From an uncultured Pseudomonadota bacterium (lineage in GTDB: Bacteria; Pseudomonadota; Gammaproteobacteria; Coxiellales; Coxiellaceae), in NCBI GenBank assembly GCA_963702315.1, contig CAVPCA010000049.1, positions 9,111 through 73,110 on the forward strand: 64,000 bases of DNA, written 5' to 3'. The stretch's first letter is position 1. Each line of letters starts with the position of its first letter. Both the position numbers and the translations under genes were made by a program. Shown here piece after piece: positions 37,941-48,188 of this stretch. The notes under the pieces are model-generated. The model saw only the letters and a list, made by a program, of their open reading frames with translations, was not told the origin of the DNA and did not search any database.

Positions 37941-39173
37941 ATGATTAATAACGGAAATACTGCTTGGTTATTGCTTTCATCAGCGTGGGTGTTATTAATG
38001 ACTCCTGGAATAGCATTTTTTTATTCAGGCCTGGTATCCACGCGCAGCGTCCTGAACACCATCAATATGAGCTTTATTTGTTTAGCAGTTATCCCTTTAG
38101 TATGGGCGGTCATTGGATTTAGTTTAGCCTTTTCCACTGGAAATACTTTTATTGGTAGTCTTCAATGGCTGGGATTAAAAGGCATTGGGATTGCGACATA
38201 CCATGACCCTGTTGGAGTTCCTCAATACGCTTATGTGTTATTTCAAATGATGTTTGCTGTTATAGCGCCTGCTTTGATTTCAGGCGCCATTGTGGGACGC
38301 ATGAAATTTAAAGCCTATGTCATTTTTATTATTTTATGGAGCTTATTCATCTATACGCCTATAGCACATTGGGTATGGGGGCCTAATGGTTGGATTGAAA
38401 AATTAGGCTCTATCGATTTCGCCGGCGGCATGGTGGTACACATTAATGCTGGATTTGCAGCGCTGGTTGCCGCCATCATTTTAGGGCCTCGATTAACTGC
38501 AAATGAAAATATTCACGAAAGCCCGCATAATATTCCATTTGTTATCTTGGGCTGCTCCTTACTGTGGTTTGGCTGGTATGGGTTTAATGCGGGTTCTGCC
38601 TTAGCGGCTAATAGCCTTGCCAGCTTGGCATTTATAACCACTACCTTGTCTGCCTCCGCATCTATTTTTACCTGGACAATATTGTGTTGGTTGAGAGGCC
38701 ATCTGTCTTCTGCCATTGGCAAGGCATGTTCTGCTATCATTGGATTAGTTGCCATTACCCCAGCTGCAGGATATGTAAAACCCATGGGAGCAGTCTTGAT
38801 TGGTTGTGTAGGTGCAGTGATTTGTTATTACATGATGTTATATAGAAGTAAATTACTGAGAAAAATTGATGATACTTTGGATGTTTTTATCTGTCATGGC
38901 ATTGCTGGAGTAGTGGGATCCATTATGACTGGACTCCTCGCCACTAAAGCAGTTAATCCGGATGGCCCAAATGGCCTTTTCTATGGAAATCCGCACTTGC
39001 TCGTGCAGCAATTAATAGCAGTGGTTGCTACGATAGTCATGACTGTTGTTGGAACAGCGTTAATATTATGTCTTTTGAAAATTTTCATGCACATTCGCCC
39101 CAGCCAAGAAGAGGAATCACAAGGTATAGATATCAGCGAACACGGTGAAAATGCCTATGAACATTTGCCCTAA
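37941..39173 (+). CDS. amtB: ammonium transporter
   Basis: 410 aa with about 11 TM segments and the Amt signatures DFAGGMVVHINAG and LDVFICHGIAGVVG. Confidence 0.9.
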   Translation: MINNGNTAWLLLSSAWVLLMTPGIAFFYSGLVSTRSVLNTINMSFICLAVIPLVWAVIGFSLAFSTGNTFIGSLQWLGLKGIGIATYHDPVGVPQYAYVLFQMMFAVIAPALISGAIVGRMKFKAYVIFIILWSLFIYTPIAHWVWGPNGWIEKLGSIDFAGGMVVHINAGFAALVAAIILGPRLTANENIHESPHNIPFVILGCSLLWFGWYGFNAGSALAANSLASLAFITTTLSASASIFTWTILCWLRGHLSSAIGKACSAIIGLVAITPAAGYVKPMGAVLIGCVGAVICYYMMLYRSKLLRKIDDTLDVFICHGIAGVVGSIMTGLLATKAVNPDGPNGLFYGNPHLLVQQLIAVVATIVMTVVGTALILCLLKIFMHIRPSQEEESQGIDISEHGENAYEHLP

Positions 39174-40354
39174 TTATTTTGTGAAATAATCTTCTTGAGC
39201 ATACTCAGACTCTTTAAAATGACCGCGCCCAAAGTGAACAATAGCATTACCCAAGCGAAAGAATACAATGTGCCATTGTAAAATATACTGACTGTAGCAA
39301 TGCTAATAACTCCGCACCAACCCATTAAAAAAGAAAACAAAGCGACGCGAATGCCCATGGGTTGTTGAGTTGATTCTATACTTAATCGATTTAATGGAGC
39401 TAAAGATAGCCCACAGCCCAATTGAAAAACCATCAAGCTGATCACAATATAGAATAATCGGTTAGGCCAAATATAAGCGCAACTCACTGACATTATCATC
39501 CCAGCTAAAGCTACCGGCAGGCCAATTTTTAGAGTGCCCTCCACCCCTCGATAACGGATCAGAAATCTGATAGCCCAAGTTCCAATAATATAACTACTCA
39601 ACAGGAATATTTGGATAATACCGTACCACACGGGGGTTCGATGGAAATCCCGTATTATTAACAAAGGGCCGATCGGCATCCAAGCAATTGCCCCAGCGAA
39701 CAACAAACAGAAAGTCCCCACATTAATTAAAAACTGCTGATTACCAACAACCTGCCAATAATCCCTAAACACTTTACTTAAATTGAATTTTAATCTTTTT
39801 TCCGCAGGTAAACTCTCCGGCATCCAATGCCTTAACATCAAAACCAAAATGGCTCCCCATATGGCGAGGATGATGAACAACCAACGCCAACTGGCAAATA
39901 ATAATAAAACTCCTCCAAATAGGGGCCCCAATGCGGGAGCTAAAACGGCTACTCCACTCATCCAGGCTATGGTTTTCACAGCTTGTTCTGATTCTAAAAG
40001 CTCATGGATACTGGCATAGCCGGCGACAATAACAGCGCAAACCACCATACCTTGAAAAAATCTGGCGATGATCATCGTTGTGATGTCACCCGCCATAGCG
40101 CAAGCAGCGCTAGCAACGACAAATAATATACCGCTATACAAAAGAACTGGCCGTCGCCCAAAACGATCCGAGATGGGGCCTAAAATTAATTGCAAGGAAG
40201 CACTACCAATAAACCAGCCCGTCAAAGTCGTTTGCGCCATAGAAGAAGAAATTTTCAAATCATTCATAATGCTCGGCAAAGCCGGCAAATATAAATCATT
40301 CGACAAGTAAGCAGCCATTTCGTAAAAAACTAACAATAATGGGTAGATAAACAT
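39170..40354 (-). CDS. MFS transporter (Bcr/CflA-like drug efflux)
   Basis: 394 aa with 12 TM segments and the motif GPISDRFGRRPVL between TM2 and TM3. Confidence 0.8.
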   Translation of the reverse strand: MFIYPLLLVFYEMAAYLSNDLYLPALPSIMNDLKISSSMAQTTLTGWFIGSASLQLILGPISDRFGRRPVLLYSGILFVVASAACAMAGDITTMIIARFFQGMVVCAVIVAGYASIHELLESEQAVKTIAWMSGVAVLAPALGPLFGGVLLLFASWRWLFIILAIWGAILVLMLRHWMPESLPAEKRLKFNLSKVFRDYWQVVGNQQFLINVGTFCLLFAGAIAWMPIGPLLIIRDFHRTPVWYGIIQIFLLSSYIIGTWAIRFLIRYRGVEGTLKIGLPVALAGMIMSVSCAYIWPNRLFYIVISLMVFQLGCGLSLAPLNRLSIESTQQPMGIRVALFSFLMGWCGVISIATVSIFYNGTLYSFAWVMLLFTLGAVILKSLSMLKKIISQNN

Positions 40355-40413
40355 TGTATATCGATATGAAAAATTTGATTTTTTAGTATTCCATAGATCG
40401 TTTTGATTATAGA

Positions 40414-42675
40414 CTAAGTTTTTCCAGCACGGATCAGGCCGGCGAGGCCTGCTTCTTCTATGGCTTCTTCCATAAAGCCGCGGATTTCACTGGGTTCATC
40501 CATGATTAAAACTTGTTTGAGTAATGCTTTAGCCTTGGCTAAGGTGAAATTGCGGATCACCCATTTAACCCGCGGCAATGCGCGTGGACTCATGCTTAAC
40601 ACATCAAAATCCATGGCCATCAATAATATAACGGCTAACGGATCTCCCGCTAATTCTCCACAAATGCTAATCGGTCTGCGCGCTTTGTGACAACCCTTGA
40701 CGGCTTGATATAAAGCCCGAAAAACCGCGGGGTGAAAGCTGTGGTACGAACCGGCCACATGCGGATTATTACGATCGACTGCGAGTAAATATTGAATCAA
40801 ATCATTACTGCCCACCGATAAAAAATCGACGCGTTTTGCCATTTCATACGCCTGATAAACAGCAGCCGGCACTTCCACCATTAAACCAATTCTGGGCATT
40901 TTGAGCGCGGTAAAATCACTTTGTAATTCATGAAAAGCCTGTTTGATCAAACACAAAGATTGTTCCACTTCTGAAATCGAAGATATCATCGGCAACATAA
41001 TGGAAAGATTATCTAAACCCACGCTGGCGCTTAGCATGGCGCGCACTTGTTGCAGAAAAATTTCCGGATGCGCCAAACTCACGCGAATGCCACGCCAACC
41101 TAGAAAAGGATTGGATTCTTCCACAGGAAAATACGGTAAATTTTTGTCGCCGCCGATATCCAAAGTGCGCATCACCACTGGTTTTGGTGAAAAGGTTGCG
41201 AGCAATTGATGGTACATCGTGTGTTGTTCTTTTTCGCTGGGAAAACGATCGCGCATCATAAAAGTGAGTTCAGTCCGGTACAGCCCTACTCCCTCAGCCC
41301 CGGCGCTTAAAGAGATTTCGCCATCTAGCGCTAATCCAGTATTCACATGCAATCCAATCGTGTGACCATCTAAAGTTTGGGCGGGCAAATGGCGCAACGC
41401 TTCAAGGTCTGCATCCATTTGTTTTTCTTCAACCATTAATGCTTGAAATTCTTTTTTCACTGCAGGCACCGGTGATATATAAACTTGTCCATTGTAACCA
41501 TCCACAATCAATTCTTTTTTAGATAATTGATCCATTGTAACCCCTGTAATTCCCATCACAGTGGGTAATCCTAATGCGCGGGCCAAAATCGCAACATGAG
41601 AATTCGCCGAGCCCGATCCAGAAACCACACCACTTAAATTCTCGCGTGGAACCTCCATAATACTGGTGGCCGTCACTTCTTCGCTTACCAAAATGGTATG
41701 TTTGGGATATTCCACATGTTCGGGCCTGGCTTGTTGCAAGTGCGAAAGCAATCGCCTGCCTAAATCTCTAAAATCCGCCGCCCGCTCGCGTAAATAAGCA
41801 TCTTCTAAAGATTCAAAATGCACGATGTGCCGTTTAATCACTTTTTTGAGCGCACCTTGCGCCCATTGGCCCGATTGAATTTCTTCAATGACTTCATTCA
41901 TGAGCGTGCGGCTATCCAAAATACGCATGTAAGCGTCAAACAACGCTTGTTCGGCCACTGAAAGCAAGGTTTGGGCCCGTACTTGCAAATGGTGAATTTC
42001 TTCACGCGCGGCCGCCAGTGCTTTTTCAAATAATCGGCATTCTTTTTTAATTTGTGTCGTAGGCCGGTCAGGTACGGCGTCTAAATCAGCAGGTGGATAA
42101 AAAACTTCGGCTTTGCCTATCGCCACCCCGGGCGCTCCAGGAATTCCGACAAGTTCCCGCAGGACTTCCCGCCCTTTGGGTTTGATCACCAATTGCAGAG
42201 CGCCTTTCTCACACGCTTCTGCAAGATCACCCGCCAATTGCACACTCAAGGTAACCATTTGAGCGGTAATTTCATTATCAAACCGGCGACGGCGGCGTTG
42301 GTGAATGGTTAAGACCCCCACCAAATTGCCATTGTCAATCAATGGGATGCCAAGAAAACCTCTATACTCGGGTTGGCCCAACTCCATTTCATCCAGATAA
42401 CTATGAGCGTCTGCCAAATTAACCGGTTCTTCGCGTTCTCCGACTAATCCAATCAACCCTTCGCCCAATTTGGTGCGGAGCTTTCCGACCAGACTGGTTT
42501 TAAATCCAGATGCCGCCAACAGTACATACTCAGCGTGCTTCTCATCTAACAGGTAAATACAACTGGCGTCAAGTGGTAATTCGTCGCAAAGATATTTAAC
42601 AATCGTCGACAATGCTGATGGCAAATCTGCCACCAAATCCATTTCGTGAACCATGCGACTTAAAATAGTGATCAA
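40414..42675 (-). CDS. ptsP: phosphoenolpyruvate-protein phosphotransferase PtsP (EI-Ntr)
   Basis: An N-terminal GAF domain, a phospho-His region GSANSHVAILARALGLP, and a PEP-utilising C-terminal barrel. Confidence 0.9.
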   Translation of the reverse strand: MITILSRMVHEMDLVADLPSALSTIVKYLCDELPLDASCIYLLDEKHAEYVLLAASGFKTSLVGKLRTKLGEGLIGLVGEREEPVNLADAHSYLDEMELGQPEYRGFLGIPLIDNGNLVGVLTIHQRRRRRFDNEITAQMVTLSVQLAGDLAEACEKGALQLVIKPKGREVLRELVGIPGAPGVAIGKAEVFYPPADLDAVPDRPTTQIKKECRLFEKALAAAREEIHHLQVRAQTLLSVAEQALFDAYMRILDSRTLMNEVIEEIQSGQWAQGALKKVIKRHIVHFESLEDAYLRERAADFRDLGRRLLSHLQQARPEHVEYPKHTILVSEEVTATSIMEVPRENLSGVVSGSGSANSHVAILARALGLPTVMGITGVTMDQLSKKELIVDGYNGQVYISPVPAVKKEFQALMVEEKQMDADLEALRHLPAQTLDGHTIGLHVNTGLALDGEISLSAGAEGVGLYRTELTFMMRDRFPSEKEQHTMYHQLLATFSPKPVVMRTLDIGGDKNLPYFPVEESNPFLGWRGIRVSLAHPEIFLQQVRAMLSASVGLDNLSIMLPMISSISEVEQSLCLIKQAFHELQSDFTALKMPRIGLMVEVPAAVYQAYEMAKRVDFLSVGSNDLIQYLLAVDRNNPHVAGSYHSFHPAVFRALYQAVKGCHKARRPISICGELAGDPLAVILLMAMDFDVLSMSPRALPRVKWVIRNFTLAKAKALLKQVLIMDEPSEIRGFMEEAIEEAGLAGLIRAGKT

Positions 42676-42792
42676 TTTTTTTCCTTATTACTGATTGAAT
42701 TATACTAAAAAGATATGCTGCAGGTATTGTTTCATAAATTACAATTTTTTGTCTAGAAGAATTGTTTTTTTTCTCTTGACAATACGCTATAA

Positions 42793-42839
42793 AGTCCATA
42801 TCTTGTGTTTATATCAATTAAAAATCCCAATATATTGGG
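42793..42839. promoter_or_regulatory. two NrdR-box-like palindromes overlapping a sigma70-like promoter
   Basis: Box 2 is CCCAATATATTGGG (42826-39, a perfect palindrome). Box 1 is AGTCCATATCTTGTGT (42793-808, 11 of 16 to the recalled consensus). Their centres are 32 bp apart. TTGACA at 42775-80 is followed 17 nt later by TATCTT. Confidence 0.5.
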
Positions 42840-42873
42840 GTTTTGCTTAGTATTTGAAAAATAAGGAACTTCC

Positions 42874-45696
42874 ATGTCAAACCCGACAGCTTTTGAAAAA
42901 GTTTCATCATTTGAAGAAATTCGTTACTCACCTTTTTCCCATGGTCAACAACCCGGAAGCTTGCACGTCATCCGTCGTAACGGCTCGGTCACTGAATATG
43001 ATGCAAATCGCATTATGGTGGCGATGAAAAAAGCGTTTGTCGCCGTTGAAGGCAATGATGTGGTGCACGCCGAGCGTATTCAAAAATTGGTGGAGCAACT
43101 GACACAGCAAGTCAACGATTGTTTTAAACGCCGTTGGCGGCCGGCGGCACAATTCATATTGAATCCATTCAGGACCAAGTGGAATTGGCGCTAATGCGCG
43201 CGGGAGAACAAAAAGTGGCGCGCGCCTACGTTCTCTATCGTGAAGCACGTCATCAAGAACGTTTAGCACAGAGCGCACAAATTGCGCATTTGGCAGAAAC
43301 TTACAAAGTGACCCATCCCGATGGTTCACAAACACCGTTGGATCCGCAATGGTTGCAACAAATTGTTGAACAAGCTTGTAAAGGCATCGCTGCTGTTACG
43401 CCACAACCCATTTTAAAAGATGTCAAACAAAATCTGTTTGATGGCGTGGCCATTAAAGATATTTATAAAGCTTTGGTTATGTCTGCCCGCACTTTGGTTG
43501 AAACCGAACCCAATTACAGTTACGTCACTGCACATCTCTTGTTGCAGGATATTTACAATGAAACTTTAATTACGCTGGGCCTGGAAGGCGATATGAACCG
43601 CTTGACGCAATTTGATTGGTATAAAAAAGCGTTTCATAAATTTATTGAGCGCGGTATCCAAGAAGAGTTATTGCATGCCAATTTGAAAGATTTTAACTTA
43701 GAGCAACTCGCTGCAGCACTTTGTGTCGAGCGCGATCAAACCTTGGTTATTTAGGCTTACAAACTTTATACGATCGCTACTTTATCCATTCACGTGGTCA
43801 GCGCATTGAATTACCACAAGTGTTTTTTATGAGGATCGCGATGGGTTTAGCGCACTGCGAAGGTAATGCGCGTAATGAAAGAGCGATTGAATTTTATCAT
43901 CTGCTGTCTTCATTCGACATGATGTCTTCCACACCAACGCTATTTAACTCAGGCACTACGCGACCACAGTTGTCGAGCTGCTTTTAAGCACCGTGCCCGA
44001 TCATTTGGAGGGCATCTTTAGCGCGATTAAAGACAACGCTATGTTGTCTAAATTTGCCGGCGGTCTAGGTAATGACTGGACTTACGTGCGCGCGATGGGT
44101 GCTCATATCAAAGGCACCAACGGTAAATCATTGGGTGTAGTGCCGTTCCTTAATGTTGCTGATGCAACGGCCGTGGCTGTTAATCAAGGCGGAAAACGTA
44201 AAGGCGCTCTTTGTTCTTATTTAGAAACTTGGCACATGGATATTGAAGAATTTCTGGAATTACGCAAAAACACGGGTGATGAGCGGCGACGCACACATGA
44301 TATGAACACCGCAAACTGGATTCCAGATCTTTTCATGAAACGTGTACTTGAAAAACAGGATTGGACCTTGTTTTCTCCTGATGAAGTCAGTGATTTACAC
44401 GACTTATTTGGCGAACCCTTTGAAAAAGCCTATGTCGCCTATGAAAAACAAGCCAAATTAGGCAAAATCAGAAGCCGCACGGTGCCTGCAGTGGCGCTGT
44501 GGCGCAAAATGTTGAGTCTTTTGTTTGAAACGGGCCATCCGTGGATCACCTTTAAAGACGCCTGCAATTTGCGTTCCCCGCAACAACATGCGGGTGTGAT
44601 ACACAGTTCCAACTTATGCACAGAAATTACTTTGAACACCAATGCTGAAGAAATTGCGGTTTGTAATTTGGGTAGCATTAACCTGGCTAAACACATGGTG
44701 AATGGCCAATTAGATACTGAAAAACTTAAAAAAACCATTAAAACAGCCATTCGCATGCTGGATAATGTGATCGATATTAACTACTACAGCGTGCCGCAAG
44801 CGAAAAACTCTAATTACAAACACCGTCCTATTGGCTTAGGCATTATGGGTTTCCAAGATACATTGTATGAACAACGCTTACCCTATGCTTGCGAAGCCAC
44901 CGTTGAATTTGCCGATCGCTGCATGGAATACGTCAGTTACTATGCCATCTTAGCTTCTTGTGAATTGGCGCAAGAACGCGGCGTCTATTCTAGTTATGAA
45001 GGCTCGTTGTGGAGCCAAGGGATTTTACCGATAGATTCTATCGCCTTACTGAAAAAGTCACGCGGACAATATCTTGAGCAAAATGAAAGTCGAACGCTGG
45101 ATTGGGATGCATTGCGTGAAGTGGTGAAAAAATTTGGTATGCGTAATTCCAATGTCATGGCGATTGCGCCCACCGCCACCATTGCCAATATTTGCAATGT
45201 CACTCAATCTATCGAACCGACTTATCAAAATTTATTTGTGAAATCGAACTTATCGGGTGAATTCACCGTAATTAATCCCTATTTGGTGCAAGACCTAAAA
45301 GCCTTGGGATTATGGGACACCGCCATGGTGCATGATTTGAAGTACTACAACGGCAGCTTAGCTAAAATCAAGCGCATACCAGCGGATATTAAAGCTTTAT
45401 ATGAAACTGCTTTTGAAATCCACCCTGAGTGGTTAGTGAAGTCTGCATCCCGCCGGCAAAAGTGGATTGATCAATCACAATCACTCAACTTATACATGGC
45501 GGAGCCTTCCGGAAAGAAACTGGATATTTTATATCGCAAAGCTTGGCTCTTGGGATTAAAAACGACTTACTATCTTCGCAGTATGGGTGCGACGGGCACT
45601 GAAAAAGCCACCATTACCGATTATGCTTTAAATGCGGTGGATACAATGCCCAAAGCGTGTTCCATCGACGACCCAGAATGCGAAGCGTGTCAATAA
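42874..45696 (+). CDS. nrdA: ribonucleotide reductase class Ia alpha subunit, broken into four ORFs by three single-base frame changes
   Basis: ATP-cone [36 protein letters not shown], the catalytic NLCTEI and a C-terminal CEAC. Breaks lie at ~43125-43140, ~43741-43755 and the T4 run at 43982-85. Confidence 0.9.
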
Positions 45697-45707
45697 AGGA
45701 GATCACT

Positions 45708-46889
45708 ATGTCTGAGAATTTCAATTTAAATTGGGATGATTCTTACCACAAAGAATCCGTAAAAGCGGCCCGTTTAGCAAAGAATTTTATTGCTGAAGAT
45801 GAAGACGATGGCGGCGATGGTGGCAGTACAGGCCTTGAAGAATTAGAAATGGGTGCAGCACGCATTCGCGTGGATGATAAACGCATCATCAATTGCCGCG
45901 CGGACCTCAATCAATTAGTGCCCTTCAAATACAAATGGGCGTGGGAAAAATATCTGGCGGGTTGCGCCAACCATTGGATGCCGAATGAAATTAATATGTC
46001 AGCGGATATCGCCCTATGGAAAGATCCCAATGGCTTAACCGAAGACGAAAGAACTATCATCAAACGCAGTCTCGGGTTTTTCTCCACAGCTGATTCTTTG
46101 GTGGCCAATAATTTGGTGTTAGCGGTTTACCGTCACATTACCAATCCCGAATGCCGCCAATATTTATTGCGTCAGGCGTTTGAAGAAGCATTACACACGC
46201 ATGCTTACCAACATGTGATTGAAAGTTTAAGTTTAGATGAAGCTGAAGTTTTCAATATGTACCGTGAATTACCGTCTGTAGCCAAGAAAGCCGCCTGGGC
46301 GATTCCTTACACCCGCAGTCTAGCAGATCGCCAATTCCGCACGGGAACTCCGGAAAATGATCAGCGTTTATTGCGTGATTTAATTGCTTTTTATGTGGTG
46401 TTTGAATCTATTTTCTTTTATGTGGGCTTTACGCAAATTTTAGCGATGGGCCGCCGCGGGAAAATGACCGGCACTTCTGAACAATTTCAATATATTTTAC
46501 GCGATGAATCGATGCATGCGAATTTCGGTATTGATGTGATTAATCAAATCAAAATTGAAAACCCGCATTTGTGGACTAAAGAATTCCAAACTGAAGTGAT
46601 TAACATGATCAAAGACGGTGTTAATTTAGAATACGAATACGCCAAAGACACCATGCCTCGTGGTATTTTAGGCTTAAACGCCAATTTATTTAAAGATTAT
46701 TTAGAATATATTGCCAATCGCCGTTTCGTGCAGATTGGTTTACCTGAACAATATCCCGGTGTAACGAACCCTTTCCCGTGGATGAGTGAAATGATGGACC
46801 TCAAAAAAGAGAAAAACTTTTTCGAAACCCGCGTTATCGAATACCAAGCCGGCGGTACATTAAGCTGGGATGAAGAAGATTCCAACTAG
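45708..46889 (+). CDS. nrdB: ribonucleotide reductase beta subunit
   Basis: The start at MSENFNLNW is preceded by AAGGAG. The iron ligand/radical motif is [11 protein letters not shown], with the radical Tyr present. Confidence 0.9.
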   Translation: MSENFNLNWDDSYHKESVKAARLAKNFIAEDEDDGGDGGSTGLEELEMGAARIRVDDKRIINCRADLNQLVPFKYKWAWEKYLAGCANHWMPNEINMSADIALWKDPNGLTEDERTIIKRSLGFFSTADSLVANNLVLAVYRHITNPECRQYLLRQAFEEALHTHAYQHVIESLSLDEAEVFNMYRELPSVAKKAAWAIPYTRSLADRQFRTGTPENDQRLLRDLIAFYVVFESIFFYVGFTQILAMGRRGKMTGTSEQFQYILRDESMHANFGIDVINQIKIENPHLWTKEFQTEVINMIKDGVNLEYEYAKDTMPRGILGLNANLFKDYLEYIANRRFVQIGLPEQYPGVTNPFPWMSEMMDLKKEKNFFETRVIEYQAGGTLSWDEEDSN

Positions 46890-46995
46890 AGCATCAAGAC
46901 AATAACACTATATTTCCCGAAAAAAACTCATATGGCAGACAAAATTTATGGTATAATTTAGAGTTTTTAGAAAGTAGTTTTTTTGGAGAGATTTG

Positions 46996-47265
46996 ATGCC
47001 TTTGTATGAGTATAAATGTTCAGCCTGTAGTCAGGCTTGTGAATATTTACAAAAATTTACGGATCCAGAAATAAAATTGTGCCCAAATTGTGGAAAAGAA
47101 GCGTTGAAAAAACAGGTTTCAGCGACCCAATTCCAATTGAAAGGGACAGGCTGGTATGTCACTGACTTCAAAAACAGCAATAAACCTGAGCAAAAGAGTA
47201 AAGAAACGCCCGATACTAAAACAACAGAAAAAACCACCCCGAAAACCGAGGAAAAAAGTTCATGA
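46996..47265 (+). CDS. FmdB-family zinc-ribbon protein
   Basis: MPLYEYKCSACSQ...CPNCG with a Lys/Thr/Glu-rich tail. Confidence 0.8.
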   Translation: MPLYEYKCSACSQACEYLQKFTDPEIKLCPNCGKEALKKQVSATQFQLKGTGWYVTDFKNSNKPEQKSKETPDTKTTEKTTPKTEEKSS

Positions 47266-47555
47266 GCTTAACCACCCATATTACCAAATCGATACGCCGT
47301 TATTTAATTGCCGGTGTTTTGGTCTGGTTACCCATTGTGATCACTTATTTTATTGTCCACTTTATCGTGCACTTATTAGATGGGACCATGGAGTTGCTAC
47401 CACAAAAGTATCATCCCGCACAGTTTATCGGTTATGAAATCCCCGGCGCAGGCGTGCTGCTGACCGTGCTTATTTTACTGATGACGGGCTTGCTGGTCAC
47501 CAACTTTATCGGCCACAAATTGCTATCGATTTGGGAAAAATTATTGTCTGTTACG
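47262..47555 (+). CDS. DUF502-family membrane protein, N-terminal ~95 codons only (cut by junction)
   Basis: There is an ATGA overlap with the upstream gene and two TM segments. Family-like ...NFIGHKLLSIWEKLL is followed by unrelated GC-rich sequence. Confidence 0.6.
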
Positions 47556-47559
47556 GTTG

Positions 47560-48188
47560 AGGCTTGCGAGTGAATAGGTTTCAGGATCTTTCCGGGTCAG
47601 AACGCAGGGACCCTGCTTCCTGCCGCTAACCTGATCCGGAGTTCCATGGGCCAGTTGCTCAATCCACGCCGCCATCGATTCCTTCGGCTCGCCCATCGCT
47701 GTATTCGACACGTCCTCCCACGCTTCCCACGTTTCCAGCCGCTCCGCATATGCGGCGCGGGCCCTGGGCAGAATAGAAGTGCCCAGCCCCAATCGCAGCG
47801 GCGGATTTTCTGCGTCCACAAGCTTCAGGATGGCTTCTGCCGTCGCCTCCGGATCGCCGCGTTCAACATTTGCCAGATGCGTCAGGAACTGCTTCCGAAT
47901 TCCGCGTATGGTTCCAGCGCATCCGCGATCTGTGAGGATTTTCCGAAGTCGGTTGCGTAGGCTCCGGGTTCAACAAGCGTCACCTTCAACCCGAACGCCC
48001 TCACCTCCTGCGCGAGGGATTCGTGGAGCGCTTCGACAGCCCATTTTGTAGCGCAATAGAAGCCGATGAGTGGCAATGCCGTTACCCCAAGTCCGCTCGA
48101 GACACCGAGAATGTGACCGCTCCCTTGTTTCCGCAACAAAGGCAGAGCCGCTGGTAGCACTCGGACCATGCCGAAGTAGTTCAACCAA
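47560..48188 (-). pseudogene. fragment of a classical short-chain dehydrogenase/reductase, lacking the Rossmann N-terminus and frameshifted
   Basis: NYFGMVRVLPAALPLLRKQGSGHILGVSS...YCATKWAVEAL...VTLVEPGAYATDF has the YxxxK active site. There is a frame change near 47895-47905, then ..RKQFLTHLANVERGDPEATAEAILKLVDAENPPLRLGLG. The segment is visibly GC-rich. Confidence 0.7.
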
